DNA of 62,945 nt, counting the filler, from Diploschistes diacapsis (Eukaryota), in NCBI GenBank assembly GCA_023645945.1. It is 20 parts of 20 records of this genome, joined end to end, with 100 filler letters (N's around TTAATTAATTAA, not from the genome) between each part and the next. Parts side by side here need not be neighbours in the genome. Positions count along the whole stretch, not along the records: positions 7,820 to 27,545 come from JALAIB010000363.1; 19 more parts are not named here. The stretch is one strand, 5' to 3'. This document shows, piece after piece, positions 11,521 through 26,986 of this stretch. The stretch's first letter is position 1, and each line of letters begins with the position of its first letter. The translations under genes were made by a program, and so were the position numbers. Below the pieces are notes generated by a model. The model searched no databases, was not told the origin of the DNA, and worked only from the letters and a program-made list of their open reading frames with translations.

Positions 11521-12473
11521 ATGGCGGATCGCGAACCTCCCTACGATCCGTATATCCCGGCTGGCGGAACCGGTCAGTCTGGCGGTGCTGGAGGCAATGC
11601 CAGAACTGCAGCTCTACAAGCGGTAAGCGAACACATCTCACGAACTTTGTCAACTCATAGCGCGCGATGTCCTACGTTTATCAGCCTTAAACTCGGCGAC
11701 GCTTCGGAAGACACTCGGTCTAATTGACAACATCGATCCTATCTTTACATGAAAATGCCGTGATCCACAACTACTGAACGCTCTAAAACAACTATGATCA
11801 AATTCCAGCTATTCGGTTTCTAGCCCACAGGCCATCCGGCAGGTATGGATTATTATGAGAAACGACTGAGCGTGATAGAAGAGGAAGAGGTAATAATCCA
11901 AAATAGTCGGTGCAACTTGGGTTCCTCCCCCAAGGTTGCCTCCCAAGCCGCGAAGTCACGGATCCCGAGGACGCAGAGCCCTTGCAGCCGGCTGGAAATT
12001 CAGCACCGGTCGGAACTGGAACCGAGACCGTTTTCTGAGGCCAGCACTGAGAACACACAAGTTTGGCTTAGTTCTCAAAATTTTAGAATTTGGATATTGG
12101 AAGGCTTGCTGATTCATGTGGCGTGCAGCAAATTGACGATACCGTGGGAGTCATGCGCGAAAACATCAACAAAGTCTCGCAGCGCGGTGAAAGACTAGAC
12201 TCTCTTCAAGACAAGACGGACAACCTAGCGACATCTGCTCAGGGCTTTCGCCGTGGTGCAAACCGTGTGAGGAAACAGGTATGATAGCAGCCATGTGCCG
12301 CGCAATGACAATCCTAATAACCTCTACAGATGTGGTGGAAGGATATGAAGATGAGGGTGTGCATCATCGTCGGGATTATCATTCTCCTTCTCATTATCAT
12401 CATTCCCATTGGTAGGTTCCTCCCAGCGTTTTTAATCATTAGCTTACGTACTTCAGCTGTCCATTTCAAGTAA
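11521..12473 (+). CDS. SNC1: Synaptobrevin/VAMP v-SNARE (Snc1/Snc2/SynA); exons 11521-11622, 12129-12278, 12330-12411, 12457-12473
   Basis: [64 protein letters not shown], then a TM helix. Confidence 0.95.
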
Positions 12474-13427
12474 AGCGTAGTGGTTGGAAAGGCTAGCGAT
12501 GTTTGATGCCTCGGCCGTTGCGGTTGTCCTTGGATTGGGTGATTTGAAGGTTTCATGATACGGAGTTCGCATGGCTTGCTGTTCATCGAGATTCGTCGAA
12601 GCTTGGACGAAGGCTTAATTCTCAGGTCCGGGGACTTTGTATGTACCTTTACGATGGATTAATCATTTGAGTCTGGTGTTCTTCAGCAGCCGATACTGAC
12701 ATTAATGAGAAGTCTTTACTGTCATCGCCAAAACATTCTAAGCAATTGTACCGATAGCTTCCATACTTGCACTGCAATCATGTTCGATCATGTGAGAAAC
12801 GTGTAAACAGTTACGGTGCAAGATCGTAGTCGGCACATTTGAAATCCCCTGACCGCCTTCATATATGCTTCGAGCATACTACATACACCATTTATGATTA
12901 TTATTACACTATGTATTAAAAAAAGTGGCAGTGATTAAGCGTTGTATTGAGCACATCCTTAAATCTATTTATAATACAAAGTTCTGAATAGCTTCATATT
13001 CTTTGACTTGATTTTGAGCACATTCGAATTTCTGTACCGAAAAGATACTTCGAATTCCTCATAGATGGCTAGTAAACCTATGTAGCGTCGCATGTGGAAC
13101 TTCTCCACCATACTAGCTTTCCAGGCCGCACTCTAAGGAACAGACCGCTAAATCTAACACTGAGCTATTGAATTTCTAATGATTCTCAGTATTGCCTTGC
13201 CTCCTAGATAGTCTCCTTTCATCATCCCGAGCTTCTATCTGTGGTACTGGGTCACTCTCGAAGCTGCTGGCGAATGTGCTAGCGCTCGGCGAAAACTCTG
13301 CAGAAACTACGGTAGCATCCACCACCACCACCACCACCACTGGAGCGTTTTCATGCTGTTCAGGATCTATTATTCATTGCTGAACAGCAGAAATCTCTGC
13401 CCTCACTAATTGGAGGAGGCAGTTTGA

Positions 13428-16137
<2,710 letters not shown>

Positions 16138-16401
16138 ATGGGTATCTAGTAGTTTCGGGCCATGGCGCTGGGACACCATCAGAACGGAAAGATTCAGGTT
16201 ATTAGGGGAAGGAATGTGGCTGGCGTGAAGAATATGGTGCCTAGTATCTTGTATATAGGTGGGTGGGCCGAGTTGACGTCCACTGCTTCTATACTTACCT
16301 GGTCTACCGGATAGCATGTGACGACCTTGATGATTCAAGATTGGGGCCCCTGGCGAGTGTTGTGGCTTCCCGCCATATGACCAAATTCATACAGTATACA
16401 T

Positions 16402-16479
16402 AGTTTTTTGGTCGAATGGTTGAAGATGACTGCTAGCGGATCTTTTCGAAGGCCGTGGGTTCGACTCCCACTGCTGACG
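16402..16479 (+). pseudogene. Degenerate type-II (Leu/Ser-like) tRNA relic
   Basis: A-box-like TGGTCGAATGG, D-stem GTC/GAT, variable arm CTTT-TCG-AAGG, intact T-arm GTGGGTTCGACTCCCAC, 3' TGCTGACG; anticodon arm is too short and the acceptor 5' strand is mismatched. Confidence 0.6.
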
Positions 16480-17839
16480 CCGAATATTCTTCACTCCAGG
16501 CTTGGCAGCCTCGCCTAAGCCTAAGTAAGACAGCTAGTCTATTCTCAACACTCACTCGGTAGGATGAGGTTTTCGACTTGGGCTTGATATTTGATTTTCA
16601 AAAAACTATTTAATTCCCCGGAAATGTAGTTCACTCAATGAAACACCTCACTCGGTGAAACTCCCCATACAAAATCGTGCATAACTCGCATAAATTAGTC
16701 GTCAATACACGGACTCGATCACTTCAGCGTATCCTTCCGTAATTATAAGAGATCAAAGAGCATACACAGTCGGTAATAGAATTACTATTTTTTCTCCCTC
16801 GAGGCAGGGACTACTATAGTAGGTATCCCTAAAACTCAAGACAAGGGGTAACATGGGTTTTTGAGGATGTGACTATCCAGGCTCACTGCCCTCCACTTCG
16901 ACGATTTTCAAAAGCTACCTGCATTGTTCTTCAGATTGTTTGAACTAACCGAGTCGAATCGTGCCTTGGTAAGAAGCATGATCAGCTAACTTTAAACAAC
17001 TGCTGATCATCCATGATATATTTCTGACCAACTTTGAACCTTTGTGATGATGCTAGCGTGTAGATGCCAGTCCGCTGAACTTCGGCGCCCTGATATGATA
17101 TGGCCTTCTAGACTTGTGTGATATAAAGCGCCAGTGTAGTACCGCTAAGCCACAAAGCCAAAAGACCAACAATACTGCATTGTGCCAGTATTGAACCAAA
17201 ACCGGATATATATAAGCGAGACCACACTTTGCTTTCTCTGAACTCTGTTTGCCGTGATGCCCGTTGTCGCTGGCGCTACGTCGCTCCGAGCTTTTCATAA
17301 CGCTTTGTAAACGCTTTGATGAGTAGACTAGTGGCCTGCGCTTGGGTGTCGATGCGAGCTGAGCCATCCCGATCCAGTAATTACCTACTGCCTGTCTACC
17401 CTAGATCAGATGAACAATTTCGCTGCTGCTCGTGTAATTCTTCCTTGTCATCCTTCTAGGCTGCCCTCATTCCTGAGAGTTATAGGAAGAACCGTCTTTG
17501 CTGGTGTCAAGTTAAGCCTAGCGAACATAATCTCTGGAGATTCTAAACGCTTAACAAGATGTTTTCCTAGCGAACGGTGCCCAAATGCAAGGACAGTTTA
17601 GCACCGCTCTTTCACTGACGCCCTATTGCTGCGCGTACGTTCCGTCTTCGTAGACATGGTACGTTTTACCATCGTCACCCGTGGCATCAAAGTGCTGTCT
17701 CTGGTCTCGTGAGCTCGTTCCTTCGCCGTCCCAGCCATGACTGCACAACATAAAGCTACGTTAGTGCCCATTCTTATGTCTTTGAAGCATCGAATGGACG
17801 TCGGAACACAGCCTGGAACCAAGCTTATGTAGATACCGG

Positions 17840-18316
17840 TACTTGTGTGATAACACCAGATCTGCAACCTTCCTTTTCAAGCACTTCCTGCGTCATAGGC
17901 AGCGCCTGGTCTCTCTGCTTTTGGTTCATGCTGCCCTGTGTAGTTTAGAGTCCATGCGGTGTGAAATCTAGGGAAAGTATCTCAAACCTTTATAAAACCA
18001 AATTTCACTTTAGGAGCGCGACCTCGCGCCTCGAGTAGGGCAAGCACTTCCTGGACGTATCCGCGAGCAAAAACGTTCTAATTATCCTGTTAATCGCCGG
18101 TGTAGAGATCATATTCCTCGTCAGAACAGTCGCGGGCCTAGAGGTTGAGGGCCTTGTCAGGATAGTTACGGGCATAGAGGTTCAGCTTATCGTTATAGCT
18201 GGCCAGACCGGCACGATGCGCTGCAACCCTCCGTAGCGGTAGTCTAACTAGCTATACGCAAGCCCCAAAGCGACTAGAGGAGGCAGGACGATAAAAAGAG
18301 AGGTGGAAAAATGCAT
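17840..18316 (-). pseudogene. Decayed small secreted protein with 12-aa 'LYAR' propeptide repeats
   Basis: MHFSTSLFIVLPPLVALGLAYS* signal peptide; after a frameshift, DKLNLYARNYPDKALNL*ARDCSDEEYDLYTGD*QDN*NVFARGYVQEVLALLEARG; 3' limit uncertain. Confidence 0.6.
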
Positions 18317-19726
18317 GTCGGTTGGTATAGTTATTCTTCACTTTTGTAATGAAGTGCCTGTAATAACTACATTGACTGTTCTCTATTGTAGGAAATTTGT
18401 GTGCTGTCTATAAAGTCTCAAAGAGAGGGGGGGCTTTGACGTTGACATTAACCCTTTCTGAGCAGATCACCCCGTCTTGTTGTGGCGCTCATTCCAACCA
18501 TTTTCGACACTGCAGTTCTTGCGGCCTTCTATGAACGGTACCAATTTGAGCAGACAACCATGGGAATGGGCTTATCACGAAGGATCGCCTCGGGAGGAGG
18601 ATTGTTGCAAAAAGATGGTGATGGGGCCGTACAGGGGGGCCTCGAATCGCGGCCACAAAAGACGTTGTCATGAAGGGCAACCTTGTGAACGGCTCTGGCA
18701 AAGAAATTGTAATGAACGCGCGAAGGAGTGCTGCGAAGGAAATCACTACATATGCAGAACATAGTATCAGGAAGAAGAAGGAGAAGGACGGAAGGCTTGT
18801 CTAAACATCGAAACATGCACTACAACTATGCCAATTAAGAAGACATAACGGAGCCTTCGAGGGGTACGATGAAGAATGAACAAACCTGATCAGGATAAAA
18901 TGAAAGCCTGATAGGTAATCTTCACAAAGCCCAAGCCAAAGGATAAGTTGTTCTGCACATGCAGGCTAACCATGATTTATGCGACTTCGGAATCTCAGAA
19001 CAAGACCGCCCAATTTCTAGCAATTCCCACCAGGTAGTGCCCACAACTCTGCTAAAACACAAATATGAATCTGCAACAGGATAATTGCTGATCTGCAACC
19101 AAAGACGAAGACTGTACGTTGCAGCAGTGCGAGTACTGCAACAAGAATCGGTCTGACCTTGGTTGTGCATAGACATGATTATGTACTTCGACGCATGGTC
19201 GTGACCAGTTTTGCCCAATAGGTAACCAGTGGTACCCGAGCTTATGTAGCTCTCGTCAGTTTGTCTCAGGGAAAAACCCCTATAGCTTTATCCCGAATGG
19301 ATTTCGGATCCGTTTTACGTTCTAGAACATAGTAGGCACTTCGTCAGCCGATAGCGATAGCTGGAGGGCAAGGAAACTCCACACAGAGTAAGCAACCGAC
19401 AAGGATAGTACTGAAACCTCAGAGGCTGCAGTGCAGACTCCAGATCCTACTCATACCTAGCGTTCCTCTGACTCAGTCCTTTTATGTCGACAATCAATCC
19501 CAGTGTCCCCTGGTATTCCAGTTGTTCAACGATTGATTGCCTTTGGTTTGCCTTTTATTTATATTCCGAGAAGGTTCATGAAGCTTTCACTGCAAGTGGA
19601 GTTAGTCCATGCTCCATACCAGTCATTATTAAACACAATGGAAACGATATACAGCCAGCCAAGAATACGTGCGGCTGTAGAGATGGTTTCCATCTAAAAG
19701 GTAATTGTACTAACTAGCTCACCTAG

Positions 19727-21267
19727 GAACATCCCTAGAGGTTTCTGCGCCATTTGCCTCGGTGATATGCTCGAAAGATAGTGTACCTATCTTTCGAAAG
19801 CTCGGGTATGGGTCGTAATGGACGGACGGGCTTACAAACGATCATACATGAGATTATTCTTCATATTGAATTGAAGCACGAATGCTGACAATACAGTGTT
19901 GACAGAAGAAGCCGCTTCGTAGCCATTAAGATCTATAATATGCAACAAAGATGAGGAGCGTATATTTAGGGACCTCTTCAAGGCCACCGCCCGTGGATGC
20001 AGGCACATTGAAGCTTTGTTGGATACTCACACTATTAAAGGATTCAGAAGGGCCCACCACTGCGCTATATAGAGCCTGTAGGCTGCAATTTCTTAGACGT
20101 ACTTGATGAGGCCCCAGCGCCGTACTGGAATTCTGAGGCCTTTGGTCCGCTTGAGCCTCGTTCAAAGTATGGTGCGTCAATGTGGGCGATAAAGTTTGCT
20201 CGGGAACCCTGTAGACGGATGCTCCTTGCTCTTGGTTATCTGCAGTCCCAACGGAACGCACATCGAGATATTCAGCCTGGAAACCTTGCAATAGCCTTGT
20301 CTTATGACATTCTTCATGGATCGAACACAAAGTTCAGGCCGTCGTGTGGAGTCTGAAAGACCAAGATAGCGATTTCCCAGAAAAAAGGGAGAGTAATCCA
20401 GATAACCTAGTACACAAGGCATCCGAAAAGGGATCCAGTACCGGCCACGTCACAGCATCAATGGGGACAATGGCAGCCCTCACAGACGCCTTAACACCCT
20501 CTGGTTGCGCAAGTCTCAATGCTCCCCTTCAGTCGCTAGATTGGAACAAGATGAACATACAGAGATCGCAAGAGTATATCAAAGTGATTCAAAGACGGGG
20601 ATGGCGAACACTAAGTCCGGCCGAAATTCAATACGCTGTTGGGCCAAAGCTCCTACATGACCGAGTTATAATCGACGTGAGGCCGCACGCGTAATCTCGG
20701 AGTTCTCACAACCGTTTCAAATGGTGTTCATTGACCTCGGGCTCGCTTGTCACTTCGTAGAATGCACTCCAGACCTTCTTTTGGACCGGTCAATGCCCGC
20801 TCACCAGAGGCGGCTCTCAAACTCCGGGCAAGCTATAAGGCGGACATATTCTCATTGGTCCTCTTAATGTGGCACCTCGTCATGCTCCGTGATCTGGTCG
20901 AAGCGCACTATATAAGTGAAGAATCGGAAAACATTTACCTAAACAACGGCTAGCTGCGAGATCTCGGCCAGCGCTTAGCTTCCATACCTAATTCTCCAAG
21001 GGCGCAGTGGCCTGGTGCGGAGAAGTTTGTGGATGTGAATGGATCGCACTGGACGTTGGCGTAGAAGAGGTAGGCGGGTATGAGGCGACGGACTTCGAGT
21101 ATGGGGACACAGTGCATGTTGCGTATCGTGATAGGCCGAAGGATATGGATGAGGCTGAAACCGAGCGTTTCTTGGATGTTATATGGCGCATGCTTGACTT
21201 GGAGCCTGATAAGAGACCCGATAGCTCTAGTTTGCTAGAGCATGAGCGGTTCAGAAAGAGAGATTGA
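19727..21267 (+). pseudogene. SRPK/CMGC-like serine/threonine kinase pseudogene
   Basis: Subdomains in order across stops and frameshifts: RKLGYGS*W, FVAIKI, LLALGYLQ..HRDIQPG, VFIDLGLA, RSPE, KADIFSL, RMLDLEPDKRPDSSSLLEH; may begin at 19484. Confidence 0.85.
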
Positions 21268-22488
21268 GAGCTGACTCTGGAGGACCTTTTGGAAATTGCT
21301 TCCTTTGAGTCATTATATGACTACCATCATCAGTTGGTGCCGGAATTCCGTACACATGTCTAGATGAAATTTGGGAACGCATGCTGAGAGATATGGACGG
21401 AAAAGTACACAGCATCACCGCACCCCCTGGTGCTATTAAAAGACTATTTGAAAATCCCATCAACGTCAAGTGTGCCAACCCTGGCCATTCATGCGCCATA
21501 TCTTCATCAAAAGCATACAGATCATGCTTCTGATGCCGCTAACCTGAGCTTGCAAACAAAAGAAACCTCCGGAATAGCCAGTACGTTTGAAGACAGCATT
21601 TGGGAGTATCAAGTTTCTTGGCAGCCCTTGTTGTGCGGGCTTTACCCATCAAAGCCCAGAATTGTCAACATGGCTGGCAACTAAGAGCGATGGCATTGAA
21701 TTAGAAGAGGGATCTTCCTAACTAACTCGACGCTTCCTATAATCCGATTCGGTAAGCTATGGCCTTCCACATGCAGATAGATCCACTGCAGAAGCGCCAT
21801 AAGATTGAGGATTGTCATTAGAACTAGATCGCGTTTTTTGAAATCTACAGAGACTTCCAACTTGAGAAGGGCTCTAGATCTAGGGGCTCTTTATCCCGAG
21901 CATTCATCTTCCCTGTTAATGTAAGTTGCATTCTAAGCGAGATCAAAACTTGCTTTATCTGACGACTTCTCAGCCTAATTAGGAAACTTTCCAGATCCGC
22001 AGCCAGGGGACCCTCTGGGTTGGTTGGCAACTTTGTAAGGTCCCTGCACGCTCCACACCCCTTCGGTAAGTCTATCGTTATCAAATTCAGAGTTCGGATC
22101 TTAGTACCTTTCCCCTTGCTAAATCCGTAAATCCGGTGGAGTTTCACCCCGACCAGTTTCGCGTCTCAGAAACCCTTATCCGAGTTCTAGAGTCTTCAAG
22201 CGGTGATACGATAGATCCTTCGCACCTCGGATTATGCGGTCCGTCGTCAAGGAGGTTGGATCCCCTCAACTATTGAGCATCACGCCTCGACCTCGAACAA
22301 TGACGGCTTTTCATCGCGTCCAACAAAGTCAATGGCTGTGTGACTATAAGGAGGGATTGCCTCTCCGCTCTCCAATAATGTAGCACACACACTTGACACC
22401 ATTTGCAACGCCCTTGAAGCCCTGTACTTGCACTCACAAAAGGCGCACCTATTCACACCAGACAAGAGAACCCAACTCGACCAACGTA

Positions 22489-23620
22489 ATGTCCGGCCCA
22501 GACCTTCCTCCAGCCGCGCAGGCCGGCATCGATGCTACCAAGCCTGAATTCAAGCAATTGGGGAAGTCCGGCCTCTGAGTCTCCGTGCCAGTCCTCGGAA
22601 CGATGGGACTTGGCTCCAAGCAATTCTTTAACTGGATGCTAGAAGGTGAAGAAGCTCTCAAAGTTCTAAAGGACGCGTATGATCTGGGTGAGTTGTAGGA
22701 AGCCTTTTGAGCCACTATTCCAGTGACTGACTAGCTTCAAAAGGCTTCACAACATGGGACACAGCCAATGTTTATTCCAACGGCATGAGCGAGGAACTGA
22801 TCGGCCAAGCCCTCAAGCAGTTCAAAATCCTCAGACACAAGGTTACCATCTTGACAAAGTGCGCTTTAGTCGTTGCTGAAGAGCCTGGCCTGAAACTTAT
22901 CTCCTTTGGCGAAAGGATGCAGCAGAGCAGAGACTATGTCAACCAGCATGGTCTTTCCCGCGCCGCGATTTTCAATGCTGTTGAGGCTTCTTTGAAGCGC
23001 CTGGACACGGATTACATTGATCTTTTCCAAATCCATCGATACGATCCCACTGTGCCTCCGGAGGAGACCATGAAGGCTCTACACGATTTAGTGCAGTCTG
23101 GAAAGGTCCGCTATATCGGTGCCAGCTCCATGTGGACGTATCAGTTCGCTAGTCTGCAATTCATCGCCGAGAAGAACGGATGGACCAAATTCATCAGCAT
23201 GCAGAATCACTACAGCCTCCTGTACCGTGAAGAAGAGCGTGAGATGAACAAGTTCTGCAAGGAGACTGGGGTTGGCATCATTCCATGGTCTCCTCTCGGC
23301 GAGGCAAGCTGGCAAGGCCTATAGAATCGGCCTCGACCACCCGGTCGAGTGGCCCTCGCCCTCCCCTGACGGGGGATTTGACCGATGCAGACAGAGTCAT
23401 CATTAGCAGAGTCGAAGAGCTTTCCAAGAAGAAGGATTGGACCATGAGCCAGGTGGCTTTAACCTGGTTGAAGGAGAAAGGAGCAATACCTATCATTAGC
23501 GGAACGAAGCGCGAGCGCATGGTGGAGGCAGCGGAGATCAAAGGGAAGTCTTTAACGAAGGAGGAAGTTGATTACCTAGAGGAGCCTTACGTTCCAAGAC
23601 CGATTCTAGGTCATAGTTAG
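22489..23620 (+). pseudogene. Aldo-keto reductase (aryl-alcohol dehydrogenase-like) pseudogene
   Basis: LGKSGL*VS (TGA 22576-22578), [51 protein letters not shown]; 1-bp frameshift near 23300 between WSPLG and RGKLARP. Confidence 0.88.
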
Positions 23621-24142
23621 AATCCTCGTTCACTGGAGGTCAGACTTGTGGATGTATTTTGAAAGTTGGCTTTCTCGTTGTATCGCTAGCAAGCAATCAA
23701 TCGGGCACTGCCGTAGCTGTTTGAGTCCCATACCTCTGTAACGCCATATCGTGAAAGAATGCATAAAAGAAGTTTCTTAAAGAGCTGGGCAGCCTAGAAT
23801 AAGACAAAGTCAAGGCCGCTGTCCCGAGTGCAAAACTAAAAGCAGGTGCATCGCAATAGTGATGGAAAAATTAATGTAAAAAGGGTGCGGCGCACTGGGA
23901 GCACCCGAAGCATTCTGTGTTTCTTTCTTCCCGGTCCCGTCCCGTCCATGTACATAGATTCAAAGTATACAACTCGTGTTCGTAGTAAAACACTGGTCTA
24001 CGGAATGAAGTCAAGCTGCTTCAGTCTGTTGACAAGCAGACTCCCTGTGTTATGTTATCCTTTGTGAACATTGTGGTTGGTTAGTGGAGGGTCTATGGTA
24101 AAGGAAGAATACGTTTGTATTATATCCGTAAATATACCCACT

Positions 24143-26986
24143 ATGGACGGTCCAGAAGACATAACACCTCCAAGAAAGAGGGTTAAACTAGAAGCCTTCA
24201 GCATGGACGGAATCAAAGAAAACTCAGATGCTTCTAGTAGAGAACAGCTAATGTTACAAAGACAGAAGGATCAAAACATGGAGAGTATAGAGACGATAGA
24301 GCATGAAAGGATCGATGCCCAAGTCAGCCGCGAAGCGGATGTAGGCATCCTTGAATATGTGTCTCCAGGCGCGCCAGGCTTCATGGGAATCTTCAAGAAG
24401 AGGTAATTTGACTGGTCCTCTCTGTGCAATCCTTGGAGCTGAGTCGTGTTCAGATACACGGATTTCATCGTCAATGAGATTCTCCCTACCGGTGAAGTAG
24501 TGCATCTGACACATCTCAAATCACAAAAGGCAAAGATTTCTTTCAGGAGAGGAGGTACGGAAAAAACATCTTCGGCACCTAATTCATACCAGGAAGGCAA
24601 TGACCATGAACTCGGTTTGGGGGCGAATCCCGAGGTTAATGCCCAAACCGTAAGCGAGCAGGTCAATGAGGCGTACAGTCTTGGAGATGGACAAGGCGAA
24701 GATATCCAAGCTAGCTCAGACGTTGATCAAATAAAGAGCAAAGACGAACAAGATCGCAAAGCCGAAACTGCTGCGCTTGCGAAATGGGAGGAGAGCCGAG
24801 ACAAAAGCGAAATCCAGGTAAATGCATACCAACAATTTGAGTTGAATTCTTGCATTAACGTACGATAGGTCACCGCAGACGACCACTCCGAACTGAGGCG
24901 GTATTTTGATGATGCAACCATAGCAGAAATAGTACGGCTTTTCAACAAAGTAATCAACGATCCTCACCGTAGCAGGAGCCAATACGGATTCGTCTACTCG
25001 AAACCGGTCACCGATCGAGAGCTTAGGAAGGAAGCTCACGAGGCTATCAAGCGTGTCTTTCGTTTCCGCCTAGAGTCATCTACGGATGGGAAAGGCGTCA
25101 TCACCATCGTTGCGGCAGATTTCGGGACCACTACTGGCCAGCGAGGTGGGGGAGGCCAGTCAGGTTATAGCAGACCTGCACGTGGTCGAGGCGGTCGGGG
25201 CGGCCGAGGCAGAGATGGATGGGTGGTAAGGAAGCAGGAAATGGGCGGAAAGAAGAGCCAGCACGAAATCTTTCAAGAGCTTGGTGGAGACTACACGCAT
25301 TTTACTCTCTACAAAGAGAATAAGGATACCTTGGAAGTTATATCCTTTATTGCAAGGTCGCTCAAAATGAGGCCCAATGCATTCCAATTTGCTGGTAACA
25401 AGGACCGCCGGGCTGTAACTACTCAGAGAGCCAGTGTCTATCGGATCTTCCCAGAAAGACTTGCCGGCCTCAATAAGATGTTGCGCAATGCGCGAGTGGG
25501 AGACTTTGAAAGCAAGCGAGCTAAGCTGGAGCTTGGGGAGCTGCTAGGTAATGAATTTTGCATTACTTTACGTGACTGCGGATTCGAAGGCGCAGAGATG
25601 ATGGACTCCGAAGCCCGTATGCATGCAATAACGGAGAGGGTCCGCATCGGGCTGCAAGGGCTCTGTGAGCAAGGCTTCATCAATTATTACGGTCTCCAGA
25701 GGTTTGGCTCTTTCGCCACAAGGACTGACCAAATTGGGATGAAGTTGCTCCAAGGCGATTTGAAGGGCGCAGTTGACAGCATCCTTGAATTCAGCCCTGC
25801 GGCACTTGCTGCAGCAAACGATCCAGCATCATCAGAAGCCATCCCTAAAGAAGACAAAGAACGAGCCACAGCATTGAACCTGTTCAGAGAAACTGGAAAG
25901 AGCAGACCTGCTCTGGATATTTTGCCTCGCAAGTTTTCTGCCGAGATTAGTCTAGTTCGCTGGCTTGGCGAAGAAAATCGCAGCCGAGATTACAGGAATG
26001 CCCTCGGGAGTATCACCAGGAATCTACGAATGATCTACGCACACGCCTACCAGTCTCTGATTTGGAACTTAGCGGCGAGTTACCGGTGGAAGACCTGGGG
26101 AGCACGGGTTTTGGAAGGCGACCTTGTACTCGACGCCGAGCACAAAGATAAACCGCATCCGCAGATCGATGTTGAAGTAGACCAGGAAGGAGAAGCCATA
26201 GTTCGTCCTGGCCAAGAAGATCGGGCAATCACCGCGGACGAGCGGCACACCCGTGCGCGTCCTCTCTCAGCTGAAGAAGCGGCCAGTGGCCAGTATACGA
26301 TCTTTGACGTAGTCCTTCCAACGCCAGGATTTGACATTCTCTACCCCGCCCACATGATATCTTTTTACAAAGAAACAATGGGAAGCGAACGCTATGGTCA
26401 ACTAGATCCTTGTAACATGAGCCGAGGCTGGAAGGATATTAGCTTGAGTGGTAGCTACCGCAAGATTCTTGCCAAACCTTTCGAGGGATACGCTTCGGAG
26501 GTGCGTGTTTACGAGGAGGAGGATGAGCAGCTCGCCGTTACAGACTTGCAGGTACTGGAGGCACGTCAGCGGGATAATGCTAAGAGAACCAAAGATGAGC
26601 AAAAGACGACGCCTCAGCCTATCAACGGGTCCAGCCAAAGGGAGGGAAGAGAAGAACTGGGAGACAGCACCCATGTCACTACAGATGCAGTCACAGCCGC
26701 AAAGTTCCAACCTCCAGGAGAAGGCTTGGGGAACAGTAAAGAAAGGACCGATAACGCAACTAAGGGCGACGCTGAAAGCGAAGACACCACGCACGTCTCC
26801 GCGCCAGCGGCTCAGCCAGATTCCGCGTCCAGCGAAAACCCTCCTCCTAAGCGCATCGGTATCATCCTCAACTTCAAGCTCGGAACGTCACAGTACGCTA
26901 CTATGGCTCTCCGCGAACTGATGAAGCGCGGTGGTGCAAAGGAGCACAAACCGGATTACTCGGCCGGCCGTGCAATGGACTCGTGA
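24143..26986 (+). CDS. PUS7: TruD-family multisubstrate pseudouridine synthase 7; exons 24143-24402, 24454-24817, 24869-26986
   Basis: KKRYTDFIVNEI, FTLYKENKDT, AGNKDRRAVT, LLGNEFCITLR, FINYYGLQRFG, YAHAYQS, LSGSYRK, SQYATMALRELMK. Confidence 0.95.

Noticed and set aside
13125..13172. TAGCTCAGT A-box-like sequence on the minus strand
   Set aside because: No B-box or cloverleaf
18477..18764. Cys-rich ORF with two CC pairs
   Set aside because: TTG start, no signal peptide, no recognisable family
21340..21700. Faint resemblance to LaeA-like methyltransferase N-terminal motifs
   Set aside because: Motif order is wrong and no SAM-binding motif is visible
16400..23620. Starship-type giant transposon
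   Set aside because: No tyrosine-recombinase captain gene or boundary repeats are visible in this window
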